From NCBI GenBank assembly GCA_013416795.1, contig RQSC01000554.1, positions 12,667-76,666 on the forward strand: a stretch of DNA of 64,000 bases, written 5' to 3'. Positions 54,225 through 64,000 of this stretch are shown here, piece after piece. The notes beneath the pieces are model-generated. The model did not search any database, was not told where the DNA came from, and worked only from the letters and a program-made list of their open reading frames with translations. Each line of letters begins with the position of its first letter. Position 1 is the stretch's first letter. The position numbers and the translations under genes are program-made. The stretch comes from Prasinococcaceae sp. CCMP 1430. Its lineage: Eukaryota; Plantae; Prasinodermophyta.

Positions 54225-57200
54225 TTATGGTGTCGCGCTGTAGACGTTGAACCAATACTCCGCGTCTACGTCGGGCATAGAGAAAAACGCAAAGCCCGAG
54301 CTCTCAAGGTCTTTGCGCGCGGTGCCGACGAGCGTGTCGTAGAACTCTTCGACGACGACGACTTTGCCCGCCGGATTGAGTCGAGAGTGCAGCGTACGCA
54401 CCTGCTCCTGGCGCTTGGAGGCGTCCTGCGATCAGAGCACACAAACGGCGTGCGATTGCACGTGAGTATGATGACGGCGCGCGCGTGCGGGCAAGCGCGC
54501 CGGCCGGCCGGCCGGCCGGCCCGCCCGCCAGCGGACCGACCGCTCGGCACGCGCGCGCGCGCTGGCGCGTGCCGCGCACGCACCTCGTCGCCAAAAATCT
54601 CCGTGTACGCGTTGCAGCTCACAACGATGAGGTCCACTGGCACTGGGAGCGCAGTCACATCGCTCGCACTGTCCGTCTTGACCACGCCGATGAGGCGCTT
54701 GAGCTCGCGCGCTCCAACGCGCGACTCGACGAATTCGGCCCACATGCGGGTCTCGAGCGCGCAGTAGCAGAACGCCTCCATGCTCTGGCCCGCGAGTGCC
54801 TCCGCGAGGTTGCATGTGAGCGCACCAGTTTTGTCACCGAGCACCGCGACGGTCGGCTTCGGCGGGAGCAGCGTTCGCATGTAGCGCGCGGCCTTGACGC
54901 AATCGAACCTGTTGGCGAGGGCGTCGCGTGTGGTGGCCTCCGATTGGAACTCGCCCAGGGCGGTATACTCTTCGTCCGCGTCCCGCTGCAGCGACGCGCC
55001 GCCGGTCGCCGCCGCCGCGCGCGCCCGGTTGAGCGCTTTGAAGTCCTCGAGGAACTTTGCTAGCTGCTCCTCCTCAACGCCACCCGTGAGGTACTTTGCC
55101 CCTGACTCCTCGGCAAGCACAAGCCAGAGGACGCCCTCGACGGCCTCCTGGCACTCGCCTGTGCGCGCGTACCACAGATCAATGAGCGTCTCGAGAAGGC
55201 ATGGGTGTGCGCTGAACACGTCCGCCAGCTTGGCAGCATCATGGCGCAGCGCGTGCTCCACCGCGCGCGAGATGCACAGCAGCAGCTTGTGCGGCGTTGC
55301 ATGGTTCAGCATTGCGACCATCGCATCGATGCCGCCGTGCGCACCCGACTGCGACATCTCCTGCTGGAAGGCCGCGGTGGTCGAGCACGCCATGAGCGCC
55401 TCGGCCGCGGCTTCGCGCGTGCCCATTGAACAGGCGCCCTCGGGCGCGGTGACAAGCTCGAGCAGCGCGCCGGACGCGCCCAGCTCGGCGACGACCGGTG
55501 ACACCTCGGGCGCGCGCGCGCACGCGCGCGCCAGCACCAGCGCAGCAGCCGCCTCCACGGGGGCGGACGAGTCGCGCAGGAGCGGCACGACCTGCAGCCA
55601 GCCGCTCGGCGAGGCGTGCAACAGCTCGACGAATTCTTGGCGCTTGCAAAGCGCGGCAAGGGCCTCGAGGGCGCCCTGCACAGCGCGGCGAGTGCCATCC
55701 GCCAGGCGTTCCACGGCGCGGAAGCTTCGTGCGGGCAAGGATGATGGCACGATGCGTCAGCGCGGGTGCGAATGAGACCATTGGCGACATTCGCTGGCCC
55801 CGCCGCGCGCGCGCGCGCGTGCGCACCTCATGGCGATCCCCTTCCCGAGCGCCACATTTCGCGTCTCCGGCGCCTTTCGGCACTCGAAGTCGAGAAGCTT
55901 CAGCAGCGCGTCACACGTCGACTGCGTGCCCATCCTCTCGCAGAGCGTCGAGTCGCCACCCGCCGCCCCAGCCGCGAGCATGGCGGCGCACAGGCGTGCT
56001 TTGGGGTTGTCCGCCGCGGCGCCGCGGGCGACTGCCGCTGCGAGGGCGGCGCCGCAGCCGCGCGCGGCCTTGCGTGCGGGCGCGTGTTCCTCCATGAGCG
56101 GTGCCAGCACCGCAGCAGCCTTGTCTCGCAGCGACGCGGGGCCTTTTGCCATCATCTCCGAAAGGGCAGTCATGGTGGCAGGCGTCGCGAGTCCCGATGT
56201 GGCCGCACGGACCTTGCGCTCGAGGAGCATCTCGAGCAGCTCGAGGCCGCTATCGATGACCGCCACACGGCGGTCGCCCACCGTGCCGACAATGCGTCCG
56301 ACAAGCGCCGTTTCCTTGGTAATGGCATCGAGCGCCTCATCGCACGCGCTGGCGGCCGCTGCAAGCGTCGCGAGCACGCCCAGGTTGTCCTCGCCGTACA
56401 CGGCGGCGAGCGCACGCACGCCGCCGAGGGCGGCGAAGTGCTTCGAGTTGCACGCCGCACCGCCGAGCAGCCTTCGTAGCTTCGTGAGGTCGAAGCGGAT
56501 GGCCTTGGTGGTGGCGAGCCCGTCCTCGGCAGTGCGCGCACCCGAGCCTGCGGCGGTGGCAGCCGCCGCCGTCCCATGCGCGACGAGTCGCGCGACGCAC
56601 TCCTCCGTCTCGAGCAGCTGGGCGCCACGCGACCCAGTCCCCAGCGCCCCCGAGGCCTTGGCGATGCGGGCATCAGCTACCTCGCTGCTGAGCGCCTGTG
56701 CAGCGACTGCGCGCTCCTTGGCATACGCGATGCTCTCCCGAAGCCGCAGTAGCTCGCCGTTGGTGGGCTCGAGCTCGAGCGCGCGCTGGCAGTCGGCGAG
56801 GGCCTCGTCCAAGCGGCCGAGTTGCTGGAGAGCCGATGCGCGGCGCATGCGCGCCTTCACGTGGGAAGCGTCGAGGCGCAGGGCCTTGCTGGCGTCGCTT
56901 GCCGCGCCCGCGGCGTCGTGCACCTTCAATCGCGCCATCGCACGGTTCGCCAGCAGGGCCGCGCTCGGGCCATAGCGCAGGCCCTTCCAGTACTCCTGGC
57001 ACGCGCCTGCGTAGTCGCCTCTGTTGAAGAGCTCGTTCCCCTCATCGCGCGCGCGCTGCGCGCTGGTGGCGGCCGTGCGCGCGGCAGCCTCGGCGAGCTG
57101 TTCCTCGCGCGGCACCTCCTCGAGTCGCTCCTCGACGATGTACCCGTCGTCGCTCTCATCGCCGTCGGAGTCGCCGGGGTCGAAGTTGTCCCACGAAGAG

Positions 57201-57493
57201 TAGTTGGTCTCGTAGCGCGCCGCGCCGGCCCCGGCGATGCTGGTTGCGCGCGCGGCGCCAGTCCCTCTCGGGCCGCCGTTCTCGTTTCGTTCCGTGCTAT
57301 CCTGGCGCCGCACCTTGCGCGTGGTGACGCGCACGCGCCCTGAGTCGATGTCCGCCTGCGTCGCCATGAGTTCCGCGATGCGCGCACGCACCTGGTCCTC
57401 GTCGCGGAGGTCGACGTCGCCGAGCATCCGGATCACCTCGGGCGGCAGGTCGTTGAGAGGCCCTGCCATGCCCGACTGTACTGGTAGCAACAT
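54225..57493 (-). CDS. TPR + armadillo-like repeats + C-terminal methyltransferase-like domain; inferred introns ~55727-55826 and 54426-54583
   Basis: RDEGNELFNRGDY...LLANRAMA...KARMRRASAL TPR clamp and ARM-like helices. In-frame GT-AG splices join three ORF segments ending LNPAGKVVVVE...YSATP*. Confidence 0.75.
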
Positions 57494-58183
57494 GCCCACC
57501 GCAAGCGGCAGATGCGCGCAGTGGGAGCTGCCGAGAGGGCGGCTGGCGGTCGTGTGTGTGTGTGTGTGTGTGTGTTTGTGGTGGTGGGGGAAGACGGAGC
57601 GGCGCCGTCCCCCCGCAGCCGCCCGCCGCCCGGCCGGCCGCTCGCCTCGCTCGGGAAGTGCCTGCGCACGCGCGCAGCAGGCCGCGAGTGGCGAGCGGCG
57701 AGTGAGGAGCGACTCTTCCCCTCCAGACGCACCCTTTGCGGCCCCTTGTTCCGTCTCCCCCCCTCCCTCCTCCCCCCCCTCCACACACACACACACCGCG
57801 CCCGCCGCCCGGCCCTTCGTGCGCACGGCGGTTTGCGGAAGCCGTTACGACTCGCGAGCCGCGCGGCGGCCGCGCGCGGCACGAGGTCAAAAGCAAAGGC
57901 GAACAGGTCGTGAAGCGTCGCGGAGCCGGGAACAAACGCATGCGCCATGCGGGATGAGTGGGTGGCGGATACAACTCGCCCGTGGTATGTTTTCAGTTGT
58001 CATCCATTTGTACGTGTCCATCGGATTCGTTTTGATATGGCCACGGGGCGCGCAGTGCGGCGCGCGCGCGCGCGTCGGGGAATTCGCGGGGATGCGCTCG
58101 CAAACGCCGCACGCCGCCGTTTGGAAGGACGACCAAATAAATATGCCTTCTTGTGCCTGAGCGCGCGGAATGCGCTCCGAAAT

Positions 58184-59170
58184 GGCAGGGGAGGCGGGTG
58201 CGCAGCGGACAGACATGGTTGCGGCGCGACGGCGTGCGCGCCCGCGGCCGGCGGGCGGCGGCAGGGAGCCGAAGGAGCCGAACGCACGCAGGCCCTTGAC
58301 GCCGCTGGCGGCGGCGCGCGGCGACACGATGAGCACCGCTGGCGCGCCAGCCGAGGCGTCCGCCGCGGTGCCAGCCGCACGGACCGCGACATTCTTCTTC
58401 GACTGCGACGATTGCCTGTACCAAAACAACTGGCGCACCGCCAAGCTGCTCACCCAGCGCATCGATGACTTTTGCTACGAGCGCATGCAGCTCGAACCAG
58501 GCCGTGCCTACGAGCTCTACAAGACGTACGGAACTTGCTTGCGCGGGCTGCTCGAGGAGCGCATCATCGAGGGCGACGCCGCAGTCGAAGAGTTCCTTGC
58601 GTTTTGCCACGACGTCGACCTTTCGGACATCACAGCCGACGACGAGCTGCGCAGCATCATTCAGAGCGTCGCGCCCTCGGTACACAAGTACGTCTTCACT
58701 GCGAGCATCCGCGAGCACGCCCAGCGATGCCTGAAGCGCCTGGGCATCGAGCACCTCTTCATCGACATCATAGACTGCCGTTCGACCGAGCTCCATACGA
58801 AACACAGGTGCGAGACGCGGTGCGCTGCGGGCGAGCGCACGCGTTGCGGATTGCCACGGATCGCGCGGACTGCGTCTCGTCGCCGGCTGACGCGAGGCCA
58901 TGCGCGCATGCCCGCGCCTCCAGCGAGGAGGCGTACCGCCTCGCGATGGCGCGTGCGGGCGTGTCGGACCCCTCGAGCTGCTACTTCGTGGACGACTCGG
59001 TGAGCAACATGAAGGCGGCCAAAGCGATGGGCTGGAACACGTGCCTCGTGGGCAGGATCCAGCGCGACACAGGCGCGCCGCTGGTGTGCGAGCACGCCGA
59101 TGTACAGGTGGGCTCGCTGCACGAGCTGCGCGAGCTCAAAGAATGGGCGCACCTGTTCTCCGACAGCTAG
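58184..59170 (+). CDS. HAD-superfamily pyrimidine 5'-nucleotidase-like hydrolase (SDT1/PHM8-like); intron 58808-58923
   Basis: FFFDCDDCLY (DxD), YKTYGT, VFTAS..HA, TKHSEEAY after splicing, FVDDSVSNMKAAKAMGW. Confidence 0.9.
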
Positions 59171-59278
59171 AGACGCGACCTGGCGTCGAGCACGCGCGCG
59201 CTGGCTCGCTCCGTCGTCCGTCCATTCCTCGTTCCAATTATTTTACAAGGAGCTGATGGCATTCATTCGCCCTCGGGG

Positions 59279-60752
59279 TCACACGCGCACGATGCTCCCA
59301 TCCTCGCGCCATGACACGCCCTGCGTCTCCCAATCCCATGGTACATCTGTAAGTCGGCGTCCCGCAGCAGCGCGCGCGCGCGCGCGTGCGCGTGCGTGAG
59401 TGCGCGTGCGTGAGTGCGCGGCGTAGGGCACGGTGCAAGCAGAGGAGCTCGCGTCCGGAGCGACGCGCCTAGGAAGTCGGCGCGCGCGCGCGCGCGCGCG
59501 CGCGAGCATGCAGAGCCTACCTTGGTCTCCTCCTGCCTCCTTCAGCAGCACGAGCACTGCATCGTAGCGCACAGCCCGCCCCTCGGCGCGCGCGTCCTGT
59601 GCTTCGGCGGCCACACCCGCGAGGGTGGAAAACACCGCGCGCTCCGCCTCTTCGATCCTGACGTTGCCCTCTGCGTCGAGCCAATCGACGAAGCACGCGG
59701 CGTCGCGCGCACAGCGGCGCTTGTGCGCGGCACGCGAGAGGGCGTCCCCGACGTCCGCCCCGCACGCCCACGGCAGCTGCCCGCCACTGAGAAGCCACGC
59801 CATCGCCCACGCGAGCATCTCCACATCGTCAGCGGCCTCAGCGCTGCCGCCCTCATCGACCGCCGCCGCCACGAAGGCGTCCGCGCCGCGACTGTCGCGC
59901 TCGTCTGCACGAAGCTCACCGCACGCGCTCGGACCATCCTTCACGCGCACCGCCAGGCCCATGTCGAGGAGGAAGAGTGTGTTGCGCTCGTCACAGGTAC
60001 CCATGAGGAGATTGGTCGGCGACACGTCGCGATGCGCGTAGCCAGCCGCGTGGAGGTCGCGCAGGCGCTCGACCGCCTGCGCGGCGAGGGCGAGGGCGGT
60101 CGGCGCCGACAATCCGCCGCCGCCCGCGGTCTCCCAGCTGAGGCGCTCAAGCGAAGGACCGCAGAGCGTCATCACCGCACAGAGGTGGCCGGCTCCGCCC
60201 TTGCCGCCGGCGGGCCCGAAGTACATGACGTCTGGAAAGCCGCGCGCGTGCGCGAGAGCGCGAAGCACACTCACTTCGCGCTGGAGGCGGCGCTCGCCGT
60301 CGGCGCCGTCCGCGCGCACGACCTTGACGGCCGCGAGCCTCCCGGTATCGCTGCCGCGGGCGAGCAGCACCTCCCCTTCCGCACCCTCACCGAGGACGAT
60401 CCGGGGCGCGCGGAGCTCTGCGAGCGCCCTCCGCGCGAGCGCCAGCCGGTCGCGGACGCGTAGCTTGTCGCGCTTGAGCGCTCGCGCGGGGGCGCTGTCG
60501 GAGCGCGCGCCGCCGCCGGCGCCACGGGCCATCGCATCGACCTCGTCGTCGAGCGCGGCGTGGCGCTCCTCGAGCGCGTCGATCAGCGACACCAGGCTCT
60601 CCTCCTCGGGCGACACCCTGCGACGCTCCGCGTGGCGACCAACCACGGCAGCAACCGGCGCGGCCGCCACGCCATGCCCGCCTCCGCGCGCGGGAAGCAC
60701 CACCCACGCCTCGCTGCCCCCGCTGCTGCCGCCGCCGGCCGCGTCGGCGCCC
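59279..60752 (-). CDS. DUF465-like helical hairpin fused to a divergent casein-kinase-1-like kinase
   Basis: LEERHAALDDEV...LKRDKLRVRDRL, then LGEGAEGEV, AAVK, LCGPSLE, HRDVSPTNLL, LLDMGLA, DDVEMLAW, LPW, and D(V)PWDW after a 3' intron. Confidence 0.75.
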
Positions 60753-60801
60753 CTGAAACAGGCGCACTAGCAGGCGCGCCAGATCCGCTGGTGCCACGTA
60801 C

Positions 60802-60892
60802 ATTCCGAGCCACATGTCCGCACCGGCATTGTCTACGAAGACGATCGCCTTCTTCCAGGGCGTAGCACTCGAAGTCCACTTTGCCTTGAACT
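60802..60892 (-). CDS. Single exon of a DUF89/ARMT1-like damage-control phosphatase, next to an N join
   Basis: PWKKAIVFVDNAGADMWLGM matches the recalled plant DUF89 motif WKKAVIFVDNSGAD..LG. Confidence 0.65.
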
Positions 60893-61142
60893 NTGACAGC
60901 GGCGCATTTTTGCGCGCGTGGCTGCGCGGCTGCGGCGCGGCGCCGGCGGCGCCACTGCGCGCGCGGCAGGCGCCCCTCCCGCGGCCCGGGCAGCGTGTCG
61001 GGATTTGACTGCGACCTTGGACGCGTGAGAGCGCGGGCACTCCTCGCGTGGACTTGCGCGCTCGCTCCCGCAGAGCACCGCCGCGCCCCCACCCGCACCG
61101 CTCGACAGGCGACGCGGGGCGGTCGGCGACGGAGGACAGGCG

Positions 61143-62162
61143 ATGCGGGGCTCGCGCGCGACGGTGATGTGCGTGTGGGACGCGTCGACCATAGAGGCGG
61201 AGCAGGTGCTCAAGGGACATAGCGGTTTGGTGACTTCGGTGTGCTGGAGCCCGGACGGCTCGCGCCTGGCGTCGTCGGCGAGCTACGACAAGACGGTGCG
61301 CGTGTGGGACGCGTCCACCGGCAAGGCGGTGCACGTGCTCGAGGGACACAGCTATTGGGTGTTCTCAGTGTGCTGGAGCCCGGACGGCTCGCGCCTGGCG
61401 TCGGCGAGCTACGACAAGACGGTGCGCGTGTGGGACGCGTCGACCGGCAAGGCAATGCAAGTGCTCAAGGGACATAGCGGTTTGGTGAACTCAGTGTGCT
61501 GGAGCGCGGACGGCTCGCGCCTGGCGTCGGCGAGCAGGGACACGACAGTGCGCGTGTGGGACGCGTCGACCGGCGAGGCGGTGCGCGTGCTCAAGGGACA
61601 TAGCAGTTGGGTGAACTCAGTGTGCTGGAGCGCGGACGGCGCGCGCCTGGCGTCGGCGAGCTACGACAAGACGGTGCGCGTGTGGGACGCGTCCACCGGC
61701 AAGGCGGTGCACGTGCTCAAGGGACATAGCTATTGTGTGACTTCGGTGTGCTGGAGCCCGGACGGCTCACGCCTAGCGTCGGCGAGCCAGGACGGGACGG
61801 TGCGCGTGTGGGACGCGTCGACCGGCAAGGCGGTGTACGTGCTCAAGGGACACAGCGAATGCGTGGTCTCCGTGTGCTGGAGCCCGGACGGCTCGCGCCT
61901 GGCGTCGGCGAGCGAGGACGGGACGGTGCGCGTGTGGGACGCGTTGACCGGCGAGGCGGTGCTCGTGCTCGAGGGACACAGTGAGTACGTGTTCTCAGTG
62001 TGCTGGAGCCCGGACGGCTCGCGCCTGGCGGCGGGGAGCACCGACTACACGGTGCGCGTGTGGAAGTTTGCCTTGGGACTGCCTGGCATTTACATGCGCT
62101 TGCGCTCGCGCGAGGTCAGCAGTGTGCGCGCGCGCACGTGTGTGCACGCCTGCACGGTGTGA
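61143..62162 (+). CDS. Stand-alone WD40 repeat protein with 7 highly similar repeats; paralog of 1404-4325
   Basis: Seven VLxGHSxxVxSVCWSxDGSRLASASxDxTVRVWD repeats, and the shared tail WKFxLGLPGIYxRLRSRE. Confidence 0.9.
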   Translation: MRGSRATVMCVWDASTIEAEQVLKGHSGLVTSVCWSPDGSRLASSASYDKTVRVWDASTGKAVHVLEGHSYWVFSVCWSPDGSRLASASYDKTVRVWDASTGKAMQVLKGHSGLVNSVCWSADGSRLASASRDTTVRVWDASTGEAVRVLKGHSSWVNSVCWSADGARLASASYDKTVRVWDASTGKAVHVLKGHSYCVTSVCWSPDGSRLASASQDGTVRVWDASTGKAVYVLKGHSECVVSVCWSPDGSRLASASEDGTVRVWDALTGEAVLVLEGHSEYVFSVCWSPDGSRLAAGSTDYTVRVWKFALGLPGIYMRLRSREVSSVRARTCVHACTV

Positions 62163-62207
62163 TAACAATAGCTTCGAGACGCACATGCACGAACCATAAG
62201 AATGCGT

Positions 62208-63809
62208 TTATAAAATTGATTTGCTCGCGAGCTGCCCGTGCGCTCCCCGCAGCTCGTCCTCCGCGCGGTAGACCTCCTCGAGCTGTCTGGCGAGGTGCCG
62301 TACAACGGCCTCAACGCGCGCGTCTCGCCGCGCGTCGCCCAGCCCTGCCTCCACCGCATCGAGGCGCAGCGCGCCACTGTCGCCTTGGCCAGCCACCGTC
62401 CGCGCCACGCGACACGCGGCCAACAGCAGCGCGACGGCGCGCTCGCTGAGCTTGCCGTCGACGCCACGCGCGCGCGCGCGGAGGACAGGCGTGCCGGGCA
62501 TGCCCGCGATGGCCGAGCGCGTCGAGCACGAGGCGAAGCCGCCGCCGATTGGCCGCGACGCGTGGGCGACACCTGCCATTGAATCGCAGCCGCAGTCTGG
62601 CTCGCCTGCCGGCGCGCCCGCCTCCTCGCCGCCAACGCTGCCGGCGGCGCCATCGCCGTCGCCCGCCTCGGCGCCAGTCGCATTGCCATCGGTGACGAGG
62701 CCGAGCTCGGCGATTGCGCCGCACTTTGCGAGCGCCCAATCGGCCCAGTCGCCCCCTTGGCCCTCCGGTCGGCCGAGCTCGTCCACTATCTGCAAGGCGA
62801 GCGCGCGCGACGCGCACGGGTCGGCGCCTTCAGCGAGTGGCCGCAGGCTGAGTGTGAAGGGTGCGGCGGCCGCGCTATCAGCGGCCGCCTGGTCGGCGCG
62901 CACGAGCATGTAGCCGCGCTCGCGCCCTGTGGCGCTATCCTCCCAGCGCATGGCCTCAAAAAGCTGCTCGGCGGGCACGAAGTGCATCGGGTACTTGAAG
63001 CGCGCCGTCTCGAGGATGAGCACGCCGTTGGTGTACTCGTCGTACGCGCCCAGCACGGCAAAGTGGCCGTCCCCGGTCTGGCCGAGCGCGCGCCGCGAGT
63101 AGGACGCGATGAGCAGCTCGTCCGAGTCCTCCGAGCAGGTGCGCCGCACGTCGTCCAGGAACGTGCCGAGCGTCACGCCCGCGTCCGACGGCCGCTTGAC
63201 GGTGACGCTGGCGCCCGTGCAGCGCGCGAGGCACGTGAGCTCGCCGAGCGTCACTCCCTCCTTTTCCACCACCTCGAGGGGCTTGCAGCAGACGAGCTGG
63301 CGCTCGTCGTACCACCGCCACGGTCCCTTCCACGCACGGCCGGGGTCCACGCGCAGCGTGTTGAGCGCGGTGGCGAGCGACGCGAGTCCACAGAATGCCG
63401 GCTCGTTTTGCGTCTGGTGCGCCTCGAGCGCGCGGAAGAAGGCGCCCGCGTACCCGGCAGCGTCGGCGCGGCGGATCGCCTCGCGGCCGGGGGCCGACGT
63501 GAGCGCCCACGCGGGCGGCGGCAGCTCGCGGCGGAAGAGCGTCTGTGGCGGTTGCCGTGGCGCACATGTCGCGCTGTGCGTACCATCCGCTGCCCGCGAG
63601 CTTCGTTGGCGCCTCAAACACTGGAGTGCATGCGTNCGCGTGCCCGCCTGCGGCCGTCCGGCCGCCCCGCCCCCCCGCGCGCCTGCGCCGTCCCGGCCGC
63701 CATCAAAAAGCACTTCTCTCGCGAAAAGGGCGGGTGCGTCGCCGCCGCCTCCCCCTTTTCGCACGCGCGCCCGCGCCGCCAATTGGCGCCGAAAAGAGGC
63801 CCAGAGCAT
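62208..63809 (-). CDS. PCS: Phytochelatin synthase (glutathione gamma-glutamylcysteinyltransferase); 5' end uncertain, N at 63636
   Basis: LFRRELP, QTQNEPAFCGLASL, DPGRAWKGPWRWYDE..L.CC, YSRRALGQTGDGHF, LILETARFKYP. Confidence 0.93.
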   Translation of the reverse strand: MLWASFRRQLAARARVRKGGGGGDAPALFAREVLFDGGRDGAGARGGGAAGRPQAGTXTHALQCLRRQRSSRAADGTHSATCAPRQPPQTLFRRELPPPAWALTSAPGREAIRRADAAGYAGAFFRALEAHQTQNEPAFCGLASLATALNTLRVDPGRAWKGPWRWYDERQLVCCKPLEVVEKEGVTLGELTCLARCTGASVTVKRPSDAGVTLGTFLDDVRRTCSEDSDELLIASYSRRALGQTGDGHFAVLGAYDEYTNGVLILETARFKYPMHFVPAEQLFEAMRWEDSATGRERGYMLVRADQAAADSAAAAPFTLSLRPLAEGADPCASRALALQIVDELGRPEGQGGDWADWALAKCGAIAELGLVTDGNATGAEAGDGDGAAGSVGGEEAGAPAGEPDCGCDSMAGVAHASRPIGGGFASCSTRSAIAGMPGTPVLRARARGVDGKLSERAVALLLAACRVARTVAGQGDSGALRLDAVEAGLGDARRDARVEAVVRHLARQLEEVYRAEDELRGAHGQLASKSIL

Positions 63810-64000
63810 ATCCACTTCTTCATTCTTTGGTATTGAAACCCTCAAAGGATCGAAACCTTAAAAATCAAAACCCTTACCGAGCGCCTCGGTGTATCTCTTT
63901 CCCCCCTCAGCTCCAGTGTGTATGTACGGTAGCTCCTCGGGACGGGCCGCGGGCGGCGACGCGGGCACGGGAGGTGCGCTCGCGGGCCTAAGCTTCGCCG

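Noticed and set aside
62208-63809. Metal-detoxification gene cluster (PCS with NOX/FRE and the GTAC elements)
   Set aside because: The loci are 40-50 kb apart and separated by unrelated housekeeping genes and scaffold joins.

Overview
This is eukaryotic nuclear DNA: very GC-rich, gene-dense, with short GT-AG introns (about 100-190 nt, often with a CTGAC branch motif and (GC)n/(CA)n tracts). Plant-type genes (group-I bZIP, Shewanella-like phosphatase, plastid-type NAGK and TyrRS, phytochelatin synthase) suggest a green alga; that taxonomy is inference. It is a draft scaffold with N gaps at 4383-4527, 26178-26754 and 31549-31643 and single-N joins near 107, 11515, 14487, 22153, 23746, 60893 and 63636, so frame breaks and odd fusions may be assembly artefacts. 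About 28 protein-coding loci or fragments, one tRNA, one TIR element and several repeats are recognisable. No CRISPR array or rRNA is present. The most notable signals are: (1) two short bacterial ABC-transporter gene fragments (cysT-like and smoE/mtlE-like) placed so that GT-AG splicing removes them and restores host reading frames; (2) two stand-alone, internally near-identical WD40 arrays (22 and 7 repeats) that vary at the same positions as fungal HET-E/NWD allorecognition receptors; (3) a tRNA-Leu(AAG) with a non-canonical 30/31 intron and BHB-like fold; (4) a dispersed repeat family built from a decayed SBP-box, with a GTAC palindrome cluster nearby; (5) a TA-flanked MITE with ~148-bp TIRs; (6) unusual architectures: TPR-ARM-methyltransferase-like, DUF465 plus CK1-like kinase, NOX with an inserted EF-hand-like segment, and PCS with Glu at the catalytic Asp position. 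All family assignments are from motif recognition by eye; no searches were run.
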